Shown here in pieces: positions 27,523 to 36,685 of a DNA stretch of 64,000 bases. Location: the NCBI GenBank assembly GCA_965368975.1, contig CBDUPA010000015.1:32001-96000 (forward strand). Reading direction: 5' to 3'. A program made the translations under genes and the position numbers. The notes under the pieces were generated by a model. The model was not told the origin of the DNA. It ran no database searches and saw only the letters and a program-made list of their open reading frames with translations. The DNA comes from an uncultured bacterium (GTDB taxonomy: Bacteria; Acidobacteriota; Thermoanaerobaculia; Multivoradales; JAHZIX01). The number at the start of each line of letters is the position of its first letter. The first letter of the stretch is position 1.

Positions 27523-30258
27523 CTACTCCGACCTCAGAGCTTCGGCCGGGGGTGTGGCGGCCATGCGTTTGGCGGGATAGAGACCGGCGAGCAGGGCGGC
27601 GGCAAGAGCGAGGAGGAGGGCCTGGACGAGGACCCAGGGGTCGACCTGCATGTCGAGCGTCCAGCCGAAGGAGCGGCGGTTGACGATGTGGACCATGACC
27701 CAGGCGAGGCCGAGACCGATGGGCAGGGACAGCAGGCCGGCGGCCAGGCCCATGAGACCAGTCTGCCCGAGGACTAGGCGCCAGAGTTGGCGCGGGGTCA
27801 GGCCATTGGCCCGCAGCACCCCGAGTTCACGGGCGCGTTCGAGCTGCAACGCCAGCAAGGCACTGAGAACGCCGAGGAAGGCGACGGCTCCAGCAAGCAG
27901 ACGCAGGACGTTGGTGATCAGAAAGGTGCGGTCGAAGATCTCGAGCGAGGCATCGAAGAGGGCGCGATGGGAGCGCACGATGAGGTCGAGGTCGGGTGCC
28001 TGGGTGGTCGAGATCTCGCGCAGGCGTGGCACCAGGGCTTCGACGTCGGTTCCGGGTGTGGCGAAGACGGCGAGGGCCGAGTAGCCGGAGTCGTCGAAGT
28101 GCTGCTCATAAGTGGCTCGGTGCAGCATGACGGTGCCTTGCTCGGCGCCATAGTCGCGGTAGACGGCGGCGATCGTGAAGGCATGCTCGCCGCGGTCCGT
28201 GGGCAGGGTGACAGTGTCGCCAACACCCAGGTCGTGACGGTAGGCGTAGGGCTCAGAAATGAGGACCGCGCCCTCCTCACCGAAGGCCAGCCAGGCGGAG
28301 TCGGGGTCTCCCTGCAAGAGACGCAGACCGTCGCGGCCGGGGTCGCTCTCCAGTTCTCCGCCCGGACCAACGACCACGACGCGCGTCGGCACACCTTCTC
28401 GTCCAGCGGCCCCTCCGCTGGCTCCTGCCTCGGCTGGCCTCGTGGCCGAGGTCAGCTGCAGAACGCGCAACGTGTTGACCTGCGCCACGCCAGGCTCAGC
28501 AGCCAGGGCGGCGGCGAGCGCATCGTCGAGGTTGGCGTCTTGGGGACCTCGGCCGGTGGCTGCGGGTGAGATATAGACGTCGGCGACCAGGGTGGCGCGC
28601 AGCCAACGCACGACCGTGTCGCGGAAGCTGTCGATCATGATGCCAATGCCTACGGTCACCGACACGGCGATGGTCAGGGCGGCGATGGCAACGGCAGTGC
28701 GTGATAGGGACGCCACGACGCCGCGCGCCGCCATGCGGCCGAGCAAGCCGAGACTGGCGCTGGCGACGGGTTCGAGCAGGCGCATCAGAGCGACGGTGGC
28801 CAAGGGTGTCAGGACGGCACAGCCGAGAATCGCGAAGAAGATACCGAGGAAGCTGACCGTCAAGGCCGCAGGCTCGGGGACCCAGGCGAGCTGCTCGCTG
28901 GCTCCAGCCAGCAGAGCGCCGCCGAGCAGCAGCAGAGCGGTGCCCAGCAGGGCGGCACGCGGCGCGGCGCGGCGCCAAGTCGATTCCAGCGACGAGCGCG
29001 CGAGGGCCAGGCGCGGTGGTGCCGACGTCGCCTCGTAGGCGGGCCCAAGGGCAGCCACCAGCGTCGCCGCGATACCCAGGCCCAGGCCCTGTAGCAGCAC
29101 ACCGGGCGGCAAGGCCAGCGATTGCACCGAAACCGCGAAGTAGAGGTCGTTGACGGTGCGTGTCACCAGCTGCACCAGGCCACGGCCGAGCACGATGCCC
29201 AGCAGCACACCCAGCAGCGAGCCGGCCAGGCCGACCCCGGCGGCTTCCGTGAGCACCAGGCGGAAGAGTTGACGGCGGGTGACTCCGATGGCGCGCAGGC
29301 GGCCGAGCAGGGGGCGACGCTGCACGACGGAGAAGCTCATGGTGTTGTAGACCAGCAGCACGCCACAGACTAGCGCCAGCAGCCCGAGAGCTTCGAGGTT
29401 GAGACGGAAAGAACGCGTCATCCCCGCAGCAACCTGGGTACGGCCAGCCGCGGGCAGCAGGCGACAGCCGGGAGGTAGCCGTGCCTCGATGGCACGCACA
29501 GGCGCGGCGCCCAGGATCAGGTCGACGCGGCTCAGGTCGTCAGTGCGCAGCAATTCCTGTGCTACCGAGATGTCCGCGATCAGCAGATCCGCCAGCGCTT
29601 CGCGACTGCGCGTATCGGTCGGTCGTAGCACACCGGCCAGCCATACCTCGACGCGCCTGCCGTCGATCGAGAGCTGGAACGGTTCCCCGACGCGCAGCTG
29701 CAGGGCCGTCGCCAGCGACTCACTGGCCAGCACGGTCGCCGGCTGGGTCAGCAAGGCACGCAGATCGAGGCGGCCGGAGACGCTCGCGGAATCGTCGGGA
29801 CCGCGGCTGTCGCCCTCGCCCAGCAGGTTACCGAGAAACGGTCGAAACGGCGCTTCGGCGAACGGATCGATGCCGAGAAGGCGCAGCGCGCGGCCGGGCT
29901 CCCGATCGAGCAGGTCCTCCTCGCGCAGGTGATCGCTCGCGGTGCCCGCGGGCAAAGCACGCACCGGCGAGTCGAGAACCGGTGCAGCCGGCACCTCGGG
30001 AAACTCCAGGCGCAGCCGCCGGTAGACCTCGGATGGTACGCCAGAAGCACTGCCGACGACCTGGTGACTGACGCGGCCAGTGAGGGTCTCGGTCGACAGC
30101 TCGAAGGCCCGCAGCGCACTCTGGTTGGCCAGATCGACCGCCACCACTACGGCCACACCCAGCGCCACACCGAGCACCGCCAGCGCACTCTGCCAGGGAT
30201 GCTGACGCAGGTAGCGCAAGCTCGCGCGGGTCAGAATCCTGACGTGCACAGCTGCCAT
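27523..30258 (-). CDS. FtsX-like ABC permease (AttF/G-type)
   Basis: GVALGVAVVVAVD, LRAIGVTRRQ, LRANGLT and NRRSFGW motifs; in an operon with the ATPase and lipocalin genes. Confidence 0.88.
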   Translation of the reverse strand: MAAVHVRILTRASLRYLRQHPWQSALAVLGVALGVAVVVAVDLANQSALRAFELSTETLTGRVSHQVVGSASGVPSEVYRRLRLEFPEVPAAPVLDSPVRALPAGTASDHLREEDLLDREPGRALRLLGIDPFAEAPFRPFLGNLLGEGDSRGPDDSASVSGRLDLRALLTQPATVLASESLATALQLRVGEPFQLSIDGRRVEVWLAGVLRPTDTRSREALADLLIADISVAQELLRTDDLSRVDLILGAAPVRAIEARLPPGCRLLPAAGRTQVAAGMTRSFRLNLEALGLLALVCGVLLVYNTMSFSVVQRRPLLGRLRAIGVTRRQLFRLVLTEAAGVGLAGSLLGVLLGIVLGRGLVQLVTRTVNDLYFAVSVQSLALPPGVLLQGLGLGIAATLVAALGPAYEATSAPPRLALARSSLESTWRRAAPRAALLGTALLLLGGALLAGASEQLAWVPEPAALTVSFLGIFFAILGCAVLTPLATVALMRLLEPVASASLGLLGRMAARGVVASLSRTAVAIAALTIAVSVTVGIGIMIDSFRDTVVRWLRATLVADVYISPAATGRGPQDANLDDALAAALAAEPGVAQVNTLRVLQLTSATRPAEAGASGGAAGREGVPTRVVVVGPGGELESDPGRDGLRLLQGDPDSAWLAFGEEGAVLISEPYAYRHDLGVGDTVTLPTDRGEHAFTIAAVYRDYGAEQGTVMLHRATYEQHFDDSGYSALAVFATPGTDVEALVPRLREISTTQAPDLDLIVRSHRALFDASLEIFDRTFLITNVLRLLAGAVAFLGVLSALLALQLERARELGVLRANGLTPRQLWRLVLGQTGLMGLAAGLLSLPIGLGLAWVMVHIVNRRSFGWTLDMQVDPWVLVQALLLALAAALLAGLYPAKRMAATPPAEALRSE

Positions 30259-30262
30259 ACTC

Positions 30263-31045
30263 TCAAGGTCCCGTGTTCGGCAGACGGCTCTCCACAGGAC
30301 GACTCTCCCGCAGAAGACCGTGGTCGAGCGTCCAGATACGGTCCGCCAAGCCGACCATCTCGCGACTGTGAGTGACCATCAACAGCGTCTTGCCAGCGCG
30401 CCGCGTCAAGCGATCCAGCAGGTCCAGGACCTGGGCCCCCGTGTCGATATCGAGATTGCCCGTCGGCTCGTCAGCCAGCACCAAGTGCGGATCGTGCGAC
30501 AGGGCGCGAGCGATCGCCACACGTTGCTGCTCGCCGCCGGAGAGCCGGTCCGGGAAGCTCTGCGCTCGGTCGGCCAGTCCGACCTCGTCGAGCAGCGCCA
30601 GCGCCGCTTGCCGCGTCGCGTTGTCGAGTCGCCCTTGCAGTTCCAGCGGCAACAGCAAGTTCTCCTCGACGGTGAGCGTCGGGATGAGGTTGAAGAACTG
30701 GAAGACAAAGCCGATGTGGTCGCGACGCAGCAGCGTGCGCTCTTCCTCGTCGAGTTCGTGCAACTGGCGGCCGGCGATCTCGACCTGCCCCGAGGTCGGC
30801 CGATCCATGCCACCGACGAGATTCAGCAGGGTCGACTTGCCGCTACCACTCTTGCCGACCAGCACCACGAAGTCACCCCGACCGATCTCGGCGTCCACGC
30901 CGCGCAGGATCTGGCGCTCCTGCCCGCCTTCCCGATAACTCTTGGTTAGAGCCCGCAGGCGAACGACGATGTCGGACGCCCCATCGTGGGTCGCGTCCTG
31001 TACGGGAGGCTCGAGGCGTGGGGCCATGTTGGCGGGATCGGGCAT
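30263..31045 (-). CDS. ABC transporter ATP-binding protein (LolD/MacB-like, AttE-type)
   Basis: [33 protein letters not shown] and VTH motifs; GGAG RBS before the ATG at 31045. Confidence 0.92.
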   Translation of the reverse strand: MPDPANMAPRLEPPVQDATHDGASDIVVRLRALTKSYREGGQERQILRGVDAEIGRGDFVVLVGKSGSGKSTLLNLVGGMDRPTSGQVEIAGRQLHELDEEERTLLRRDHIGFVFQFFNLIPTLTVEENLLLPLELQGRLDNATRQAALALLDEVGLADRAQSFPDRLSGGEQQRVAIARALSHDPHLVLADEPTGNLDIDTGAQVLDLLDRLTRRAGKTLLMVTHSREMVGLADRIWTLDHGLLRESRPVESRLPNTGP

Positions 31046-31525
31046 GTCGACTTGTCTCCTCTCCCTGCAGTTCGTGCACATCGTGCCTCGGATTCACCAC
31101 GAGGTGCCATTTCCGCACACCGGTCAAACGCCCGTTTCAACCCCACGCCGACACAAGAAGCCTCGAATGCACCAAGACTCAAACGCAAGTGACGATTCAA
31201 CAAGGACTTAGGAGTCTCTCTGCCGCCACGAGGCGGGGCGAACCAAGAACTGGCACGCCAGTTGCATTAAGAATGAGCAACGACGGGCTCACAAGCCCTG
31301 AACACCTTCCGAAAAACCCTGACGGTTCTACCGTCAGCCAGTCATACTACCTACCTACCTTTCCCACCAAAATAGCCTACCAAACGGCCACCCCGGATTA
31401 TAGGGGTGGCCCCGCCGATTCCCCTCTGTTCGGCCGCTCACCCCGCTCCCTCGACGGTTCTGCACAGCGACACTTCCTGGTCGCGGCTGATTCCATCAGC
31501 TTCTGAAAAAGTACTCGCGAAAGTC

Positions 31526-31553
31526 TTGACTGGCACGGTTGCAGCGCTATAAT
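31526..31553 (+). promoter_or_regulatory. sigma70-like promoter with no downstream ORF
   Basis: TTGACT (31526-31531), 16-bp spacer, TATAAT (31548-31553). Confidence 0.65.
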
Positions 31554-31559
31554 GGTCTC

Positions 31560-31885
31560 AACCATCGAGAGGGTCTTGGACGTGCCCGCTCTTTACTCGC
31601 ACCGCTTCCCTGAACGTTAGAACGTGCAGGGCGCATCGCGGGAGAGTCGTACCAACCAAAGAGCCATGACCATCGACACTCCGCCAGTCAGAGCTCCCCA
31701 ACGGAACTCTTCCTGGTGAATCGTCTAACCGGTCGACATCTTGAGAACCTCAAGGTTCTTAGCCTGTCAGCGGAAACGTGTCGAAAGGTTATCCGGTCCT
31801 TGAACGACCTACCCAACTGATGGCTTGCAAGCCTGGGCAGAGTTCCGACGATTCAGTTCGAGCGGGACGGCACAAGCTGGCAGGC
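31560..31885 (+). ncRNA. Candidate large structured non-coding RNA of unrecognised class
   Basis: Follows the promoter; many complementary segments, including crossing pairings 31702-31710/31839-31847 and 31717-31724/31848-31855; GAAA-capped hairpin; no credible ORF. Confidence 0.55.
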
Positions 31886-32149
31886 TCCCTTCCCATGAAG
31901 TACCTACCTTGTTCGGCCGCCCTTGGAGGCTGGAAGCCCGATCGGGATTCCGGATTACAGGGGTGGCCCCGCCGATTTGTTTGTTCGCTAGAAGCGCGAA
32001 GCAGAGTATACACCGGCCCCACCGAGCTTTGACAAGGGCTGACGACAGATTTTTCCGCATTTTGTCGTCTTCATGCCACTTTGGCACGAAGAAGCGGACG
32101 AGCGTTCGTTTCACTTTCCGACGACCGATCACCTAGGGACAAGCCACGC

Positions 32150-33502
32150 TCACGACGGTAAAGGCCCGGTATAGCGGGCGCGCGGACGGATCAGCCGGTC
32201 CATCTGGTACTGCTCGATCGCCTGCCCCAACCAACCAGCCGAGCGCCCGAGCGCGAAAACGGCCATGCCGCCACCGGCAGGTAGACCGAGAACACGCCCG
32301 AGGAGCCACAGGCCAAGGTCGATCGTCGGCTCGGCGTCGAGCAGTTCACGGGCGACATCAGTGAGCGCCGCCGCGAAGCGCACGTCTTGCTGCCCCACCT
32401 GAGTAGCGGCCGGAGCCGAGGATCGCAGTAGATCGAGAAGCAAGCTCGCACGCGGATCGCCGCTCGGGTACATTGGGTGCCCGAAGCCCGGGATCTCGTC
32501 GCCCCGACGCAGCCGATCCACCACCACCCGGCGCACCGCCGCGGTCGGCGACGCACCGCCACCACTGGCGTAGGCATCTTGCGCCTCCCGCAGGAAGGCC
32601 TCGACACGACCGATCACCCCGCCATGCTTGACGCCCTTGAGCGCGGCCAGGCCGGCACTGACGACTTCGTACGGCGTAGCGCCCGCCGAGGCGACACAGC
32701 GGGCGGTGAAGGCGGACACGTTGAGTTCGTGGTCGGCACACAGGATCAGCGCGGCTTGCAGCAACTGCACCGCGTCCGGCCCGTGCTGCGGCGACCAAGC
32801 ACGGGCGAGGGTCGCCGCAGCGCCACCTTGGCGCGCCGGCAGCGGCACACTACCGGCCAGCGTCGCCGCCAGCGTCGACAGAATGCGCGCGCCAGTCGCA
32901 GCCACCGCCGACGGCCGTAGATCGAGCGCGCGCAAGTCGTTTCGTCCCGTCAAAGGCAAGACCACCTGGCAGCGTTCCACCGGTTCGAGTTCCGCCAGCA
33001 GGGGCACCCAACGCGCGGCGACAGCAGGAGCGCCGCCAGCGTCAGCAGAAACTCCGCCCGCTCCAGAAGACAGTCCCAGTTCCGCGTCTGGGTCCCCGGT
33101 CCACAGCAACGCCGCCACCCGCTCGAAGGTCTCCTCGCGTGCCAGCCGCGTCGCTTCGTGACCGCGGTAGTAGAGCTTGCCGTCGCGGATGAGCGTGATC
33201 GACGACTCCAGCACCGGCGCACCGTAGTGCAAGCTCTCCGCAACCGCCTTGTCCGGCTCGCGTCGCAACTGGCGACGACTGCGCAAGTGCTCGATATCTT
33301 CGAGGTGGTACTGGCGCTCGCGCCGTCCCGGTTGGCCCGCCTCGGAACGGATCAGGCCGCGGCTGACGTAGGCGTAGAGCGTCGCCCGGCTGATTCCCAG
33401 CTGCGCAGCGGCTTCACCGGCGCTCAGGTAGCGGGAATCTCGGCCAGACTCGGCTTCACGGGTCAGGGTGGCTTCGCGGGGCAGGAGGGCATCCTTGTCC
33501 AT
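32150..33502 (-). CDS. HTH-citrate synthase fusion (probable citrate-responsive regulator)
   Basis: N-terminal excisionase-like HTH (LSAGEAAAQLGISRATLYAYVSRGLI) plus citrate synthase fold (DHELNVSAF, KHGG, GFGHPMYPSGDPR). Confidence 0.85.
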   Translation of the reverse strand: MDKDALLPREATLTREAESGRDSRYLSAGEAAAQLGISRATLYAYVSRGLIRSEAGQPGRRERQYHLEDIEHLRSRRQLRREPDKAVAESLHYGAPVLESSITLIRDGKLYYRGHEATRLAREETFERVAALLWTGDPDAELGLSSGAGGVSADAGGAPAVAARWVPLLAELEPVERCQVVLPLTGRNDLRALDLRPSAVAATGARILSTLAATLAGSVPLPARQGGAAATLARAWSPQHGPDAVQLLQAALILCADHELNVSAFTARCVASAGATPYEVVSAGLAALKGVKHGGVIGRVEAFLREAQDAYASGGGASPTAAVRRVVVDRLRRGDEIPGFGHPMYPSGDPRASLLLDLLRSSAPAATQVGQQDVRFAAALTDVARELLDAEPTIDLGLWLLGRVLGLPAGGGMAVFALGRSAGWLGQAIEQYQMDRLIRPRARYTGPLPS

Positions 33503-33520
33503 AGCTCAAGCCTAACAGAT

Positions 33521-33548
33521 TCAACATTGATCAGAAAATCAATATTGA
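33521..33548. promoter_or_regulatory. Tandem palindromic operators between the divergent citrate synthase-family genes
   Basis: TCAACATTGA (33521-33530) and TCAATATTGA (33539-33548). Confidence 0.65.
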
Positions 33549-33631
33549 CCACATAGACTTCCCCCTCCATACTGAAAGTGCTTCGAGCGTCAGCAATTCG
33601 GCTGCACGCGGCGCCCTTGGAGGATTCCTCG

Positions 33632-34906
33632 ATGCCCGAAACCGCCACCACTTCGACTCTCCATCTCGACTCTCGTCCCAGTTCCAACGGACTCGAGGGC
33701 GTGATCGCCGCCAGCACTCGCCTCAGCCGAGTCGACGGAGCCGCTGGCCGCCTGACCCTCGCCGGCTTTGCCGTCGAGGAACTGGCCCCCAGGGCCAGCT
33801 TCGAGGAGGTCACGTACCTGCTGTGGACCGACCGCCTTCCCACCTCGACCGAGTTACAGCAACTGCGTGCCGACCTGGCGCATCGCCGCTGCTTACCGGC
33901 AGCAACACTGGCATGGCTGCGGCATGCCGCAGCAGCCAAGGTCGCACCCATGGACGCGCTACGCACCGCTGCCGCCACGGTGTGCGCCGAGACAGCGGAC
34001 ATCTCCGACCCGCGCGACCAAGCACGCACTCTGCTGGCCGTGCTGCCGGTGGCTCTGGCCACTTATGAACGCCTGCGCCGTGGCGGTCGTTCTGGCGAGG
34101 ACGCAGCGCCGTCACAAGCCGAAATTGAAGCCCTGGGCGACGCCGACCTGGCCACCGGCTTCCTGACTCTGCTCGACGGCCCTCCGTCAACCAGGAGCAT
34201 CAGGCCACCGCGCCCACAGCGCGTGCGGGCGCTGACCACCTACCTGAACACCGTCGCCGACCACGGTCTCAACGCTTCGACCTTCACCGCTCGGGTGATC
34301 GTCGCCACCGGCTCGGACATGGTGTCAGCCGTCACCGGAGCCATCGGTGCGCTCAAAGGCCCGCTGCACGGCGGCGCACCAGGTCCCGCACTCGACGATC
34401 TGCTGGCGATCTCTGCAGGCGCGAGTGCCAGTACCGGCTCCAGTACGGGCGACGGCGACACTGCCGCCTACGCCGAAACCTACCTACGCGCCAAGCTGGC
34501 ACGCGGCGAGCGCCTGATGGGCTTCGGCCATCGCGTCTACCGCGTGCGCGATCCGCGCGCCGAGGTGCTGAACGCGGCCGCCGAAGCCTGGCTGAGCAGC
34601 GCCGGTGGTGATCGCGAACTCCTGCGCCTGGCTCGCGAGGTCGAGTCGACCGCGCTGCGCCTGCTCAGCGAGCACAAGCCGGACCGCAAGCTGCACACCA
34701 ACGTCGAGTTCTACACCGCGCTGCTGCTCCACAGTCTGGGCCTACCGTCCGACCTCTTCGCCCCCGTCTTCGCCCTCGGTCGTACCGCCGGCTGGATCGC
34801 GCACGCCCTGGAACAACTCGAGTACGGCCGCCTGATCCGGCCGAGCGCCACCTATATTGGTGAGGAAGGCCGCTCGTGGCAGCCACTCGGTTCGCGGACC
34901 GCGTGA
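33632..34906 (+). CDS. Citrate/2-methylcitrate synthase family protein
   Basis: GLEGV, DHGLNASTF, GPLHGGA, GFGHRVYRVRDPR and NVEFY motifs; GGAGGA RBS. Confidence 0.9.
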   Translation: MPETATTSTLHLDSRPSSNGLEGVIAASTRLSRVDGAAGRLTLAGFAVEELAPRASFEEVTYLLWTDRLPTSTELQQLRADLAHRRCLPAATLAWLRHAAAAKVAPMDALRTAAATVCAETADISDPRDQARTLLAVLPVALATYERLRRGGRSGEDAAPSQAEIEALGDADLATGFLTLLDGPPSTRSIRPPRPQRVRALTTYLNTVADHGLNASTFTARVIVATGSDMVSAVTGAIGALKGPLHGGAPGPALDDLLAISAGASASTGSSTGDGDTAAYAETYLRAKLARGERLMGFGHRVYRVRDPRAEVLNAAAEAWLSSAGGDRELLRLAREVESTALRLLSEHKPDRKLHTNVEFYTALLLHSLGLPSDLFAPVFALGRTAGWIAHALEQLEYGRLIRPSATYIGEEGRSWQPLGSRTA

Positions 34907-35472
34907 AGTGCGGAGCCACTGTGGGCCAGGTGCGCCAACAGGTGCACGATACGGCGTGGATTGCCCTCAGCGGCGAGCGTTAGGGCCCGGGCGGTTTCTG
35001 AGAGCAGCAGTGGATCGCCGGTTGCCGTGTCCATCCCAGCCAACAGCTCCTGGCAATCCTCCACCGAGAAGGGGCGCAGACGTAAGGTGAAGAAATAATT
35101 CGGCATATAGGCATCGATGGTCTCGACGTTGGTCGCCAGAACGACCACATCTGCCGGGCCGTGCAGCTCGACCAAGCCGCGGCAATCCTCGGGCCGGTCG
35201 TATTCATCGAACAGCAGTAAGCGTTGGCCACCGCGCCGGGAAGCGTGCAACGAGCGCGCGATGAGAGACAGCCTCGACGTGCGATCGGCCGGTGGACAGC
35301 CTTCGAAGAAGTAGACCGAACAGCGGTCGGCGAAGGCATCGCGCAGCTGCCGCAAGACAGCCGTCTTGCCACTGCCCGGCGTCCCCACCAGGATCACGCC
35401 TCGGTCCAGCCGGCGGTCGAGCAGATCACGAACAGCTGCTTGCGCCAGCTTGAAGTTGGTCGTTGCGATCAT
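34852..35472 (-). CDS. Small P-loop AAA+ ATPase overlapping the end of the rSAM gene
   Basis: Walker A GTPGSGKT, Walker B LLLFDE and GNPRR lid motif; GAGGTGG RBS inside the rSAM 3' end. Confidence 0.7.
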   Translation of the reverse strand: MIATTNFKLAQAAVRDLLDRRLDRGVILVGTPGSGKTAVLRQLRDAFADRCSVYFFEGCPPADRTSRLSLIARSLHASRRGGQRLLLFDEYDRPEDCRGLVELHGPADVVVLATNVETIDAYMPNYFFTLRLRPFSVEDCQELLAGMDTATGDPLLLSETARALTLAAEGNPRRIVHLLAHLAHSGSALHAVREPSGCHERPSSPI

Positions 35473-36586
35473 GTCGCACCACCTCGTCCAGGGCGTCGAG
35501 GACAGGAAGCTCCTCGTACGCGATATGAGACATCAGCCCAGCGAGCTGGCAGCTTTCTGGAGTAACCGGCTCGCCGTGGCAAAGCTCCTCGACGTAGCGA
35601 TCGTGAGGACAACCACCGTGGCACAGGTCATACCAGCGGCAGTGCCGCCGACAGCTCTCTTGCCAAGCTCGAATCTGCCGCGCGAACGCACGCGTTCCGG
35701 GATGCTGACGCAATTGCTCCACCGTCACCTGCCGGATGTTGCCGATCCGGTAGGAACTGTCGCCAACATACTTGTCGCAGTGGCCAACGCTGCCATCCGG
35801 TTCGACGGTGAAGTATCTTCCGGCACAGTTGGCCGACAACATGCACACCGTGGGGGCTCTTCCCTGGATCGCCTGCACAATGCTGTCGATCTCGCGGATC
35901 TTGAACTCACGATCGTCGTCCTGGCGCCAGATGTCATAGAGCTGCTCCAAGAACGAGGTATAGGCGGCTTGATCGACAAAGTCGTCGACCAGCATCTTGC
36001 CTTCCCGTAGATCGCGATTGTTGGGCCGCACCGGCAGCAGGCCAAAGCTGTTCAATCCAATCGATTTGGCCCATTCGAGCAGCGCTCGCGGACCGAGACG
36101 ATAGAGATCTGTCGTCAGGACGATCAACGCTCCCGCGTGGACCCCGTGGCGATCCAGGCGCGCGAGCGCCCCCAGTACCTCGTCGTAGGAACCCGTGCCA
36201 TTGGCCTTGCGCCGGGAAATATCGTGGTTGCTGCGTGGACCATCGAGGGAGACACCGACCTGAATACCAAAGCGACGAAACAGATGACACCAAGCATCGT
36301 CGACCAAAGTACCGTTGGTTTGCAACGCATTGTTAATCCGGTGTTCGGCCGTCGCCAGGCGGGCCTGTAGCCACAGCGCCTTGCGAAAGAAGTCTCGCCC
36401 CATGAGCAAAGGCTCGCCACCATGCCACATGAACTCCACCTGCCGGTCCGCGTCCAGTGCCTTGCGGATCAAGTGGACGAGCGTCGGAAACTCCATCGAC
36501 AAGTGGCGTCCACGGGCACGCCAATCGTGACAGTACGTACAGCGCAGGTTGCAGCGGCGCGTCACTTTGACGATGTAGCCAGCCAT
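35426..36586 (-). CDS. Radical SAM/SPASM peptide cyclase, DarE/DynA-like
   Basis: KVTRRCNLRCTYCHDW, EFMWHGGEP, KALWLQ, QTNG, GALIV, RPNNR, CMLSANC, CDKYVG and CRWYDLCHGGCPHDR motifs. Confidence 0.85.
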   Translation of the reverse strand: MAGYIVKVTRRCNLRCTYCHDWRARGRHLSMEFPTLVHLIRKALDADRQVEFMWHGGEPLLMGRDFFRKALWLQARLATAEHRINNALQTNGTLVDDAWCHLFRRFGIQVGVSLDGPRSNHDISRRKANGTGSYDEVLGALARLDRHGVHAGALIVLTTDLYRLGPRALLEWAKSIGLNSFGLLPVRPNNRDLREGKMLVDDFVDQAAYTSFLEQLYDIWRQDDDREFKIREIDSIVQAIQGRAPTVCMLSANCAGRYFTVEPDGSVGHCDKYVGDSSYRIGNIRQVTVEQLRQHPGTRAFARQIRAWQESCRRHCRWYDLCHGGCPHDRYVEELCHGEPVTPESCQLAGLMSHIAYEELPVLDALDEVVRHDRNDQLQAGASSCS

Positions 36587-36633
36587 CGTATCCCCCCAGT
36601 GTCGATCACGCGAGTGGAGGTCAGGATCTGTCT

Positions 36634-36665
36634 CAGCCCCGGCCCGCGGCTGCCGGCCGGGGCTG
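36634..36665 (-). promoter_or_regulatory. GC hairpin between the precursor and rSAM genes
   Basis: CAGCCCCGGCC ... GGCCGGGGCTG, 11-bp stem. Confidence 0.65.
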
Positions 36666-36685
36666 CAGGCGTGCACCACGCCGTG

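Larger units (their letters stand above)
31393..31977. repeat. Pair of 28-bp direct repeats bracketing a promoter and structured region
   Basis: CCGGATTATAGGGGTGGCCCCGCCGATT (31393-31420) versus CCGGATTACAGGGGTGGCCCCGCCGATT (31950-31977), 27/28 identical. Confidence 0.9.

Noticed and set aside
31560-32020. Identifying the structured region as RNase P RNA, tmRNA, SRP RNA, 6S RNA, a cobalamin riboswitch or a group II intron
   Set aside because: GAGGAAAGTCC/AACCCGGCTTA, tRNA-like ends, GGAAGCAGC and domain V signatures are absent on both strands. The GGGAAGGGAGCCTGCC on the minus strand is only a partial B12-box resemblance, and the pairing pattern is not a single 6S-like rod.
31018-32136. Short ORFs in the intergenic gap
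   Set aside because: They have no convincing RBS, no coding-like composition and no recognisable motifs.
35426-36586. Annotating the SPASM enzyme as an anaerobic sulfatase maturase
   Set aside because: No sulfatase lies nearby, and the motifs plus the adjacent Trp-rich ORF fit a DarE/DynA-like peptide maturase better.
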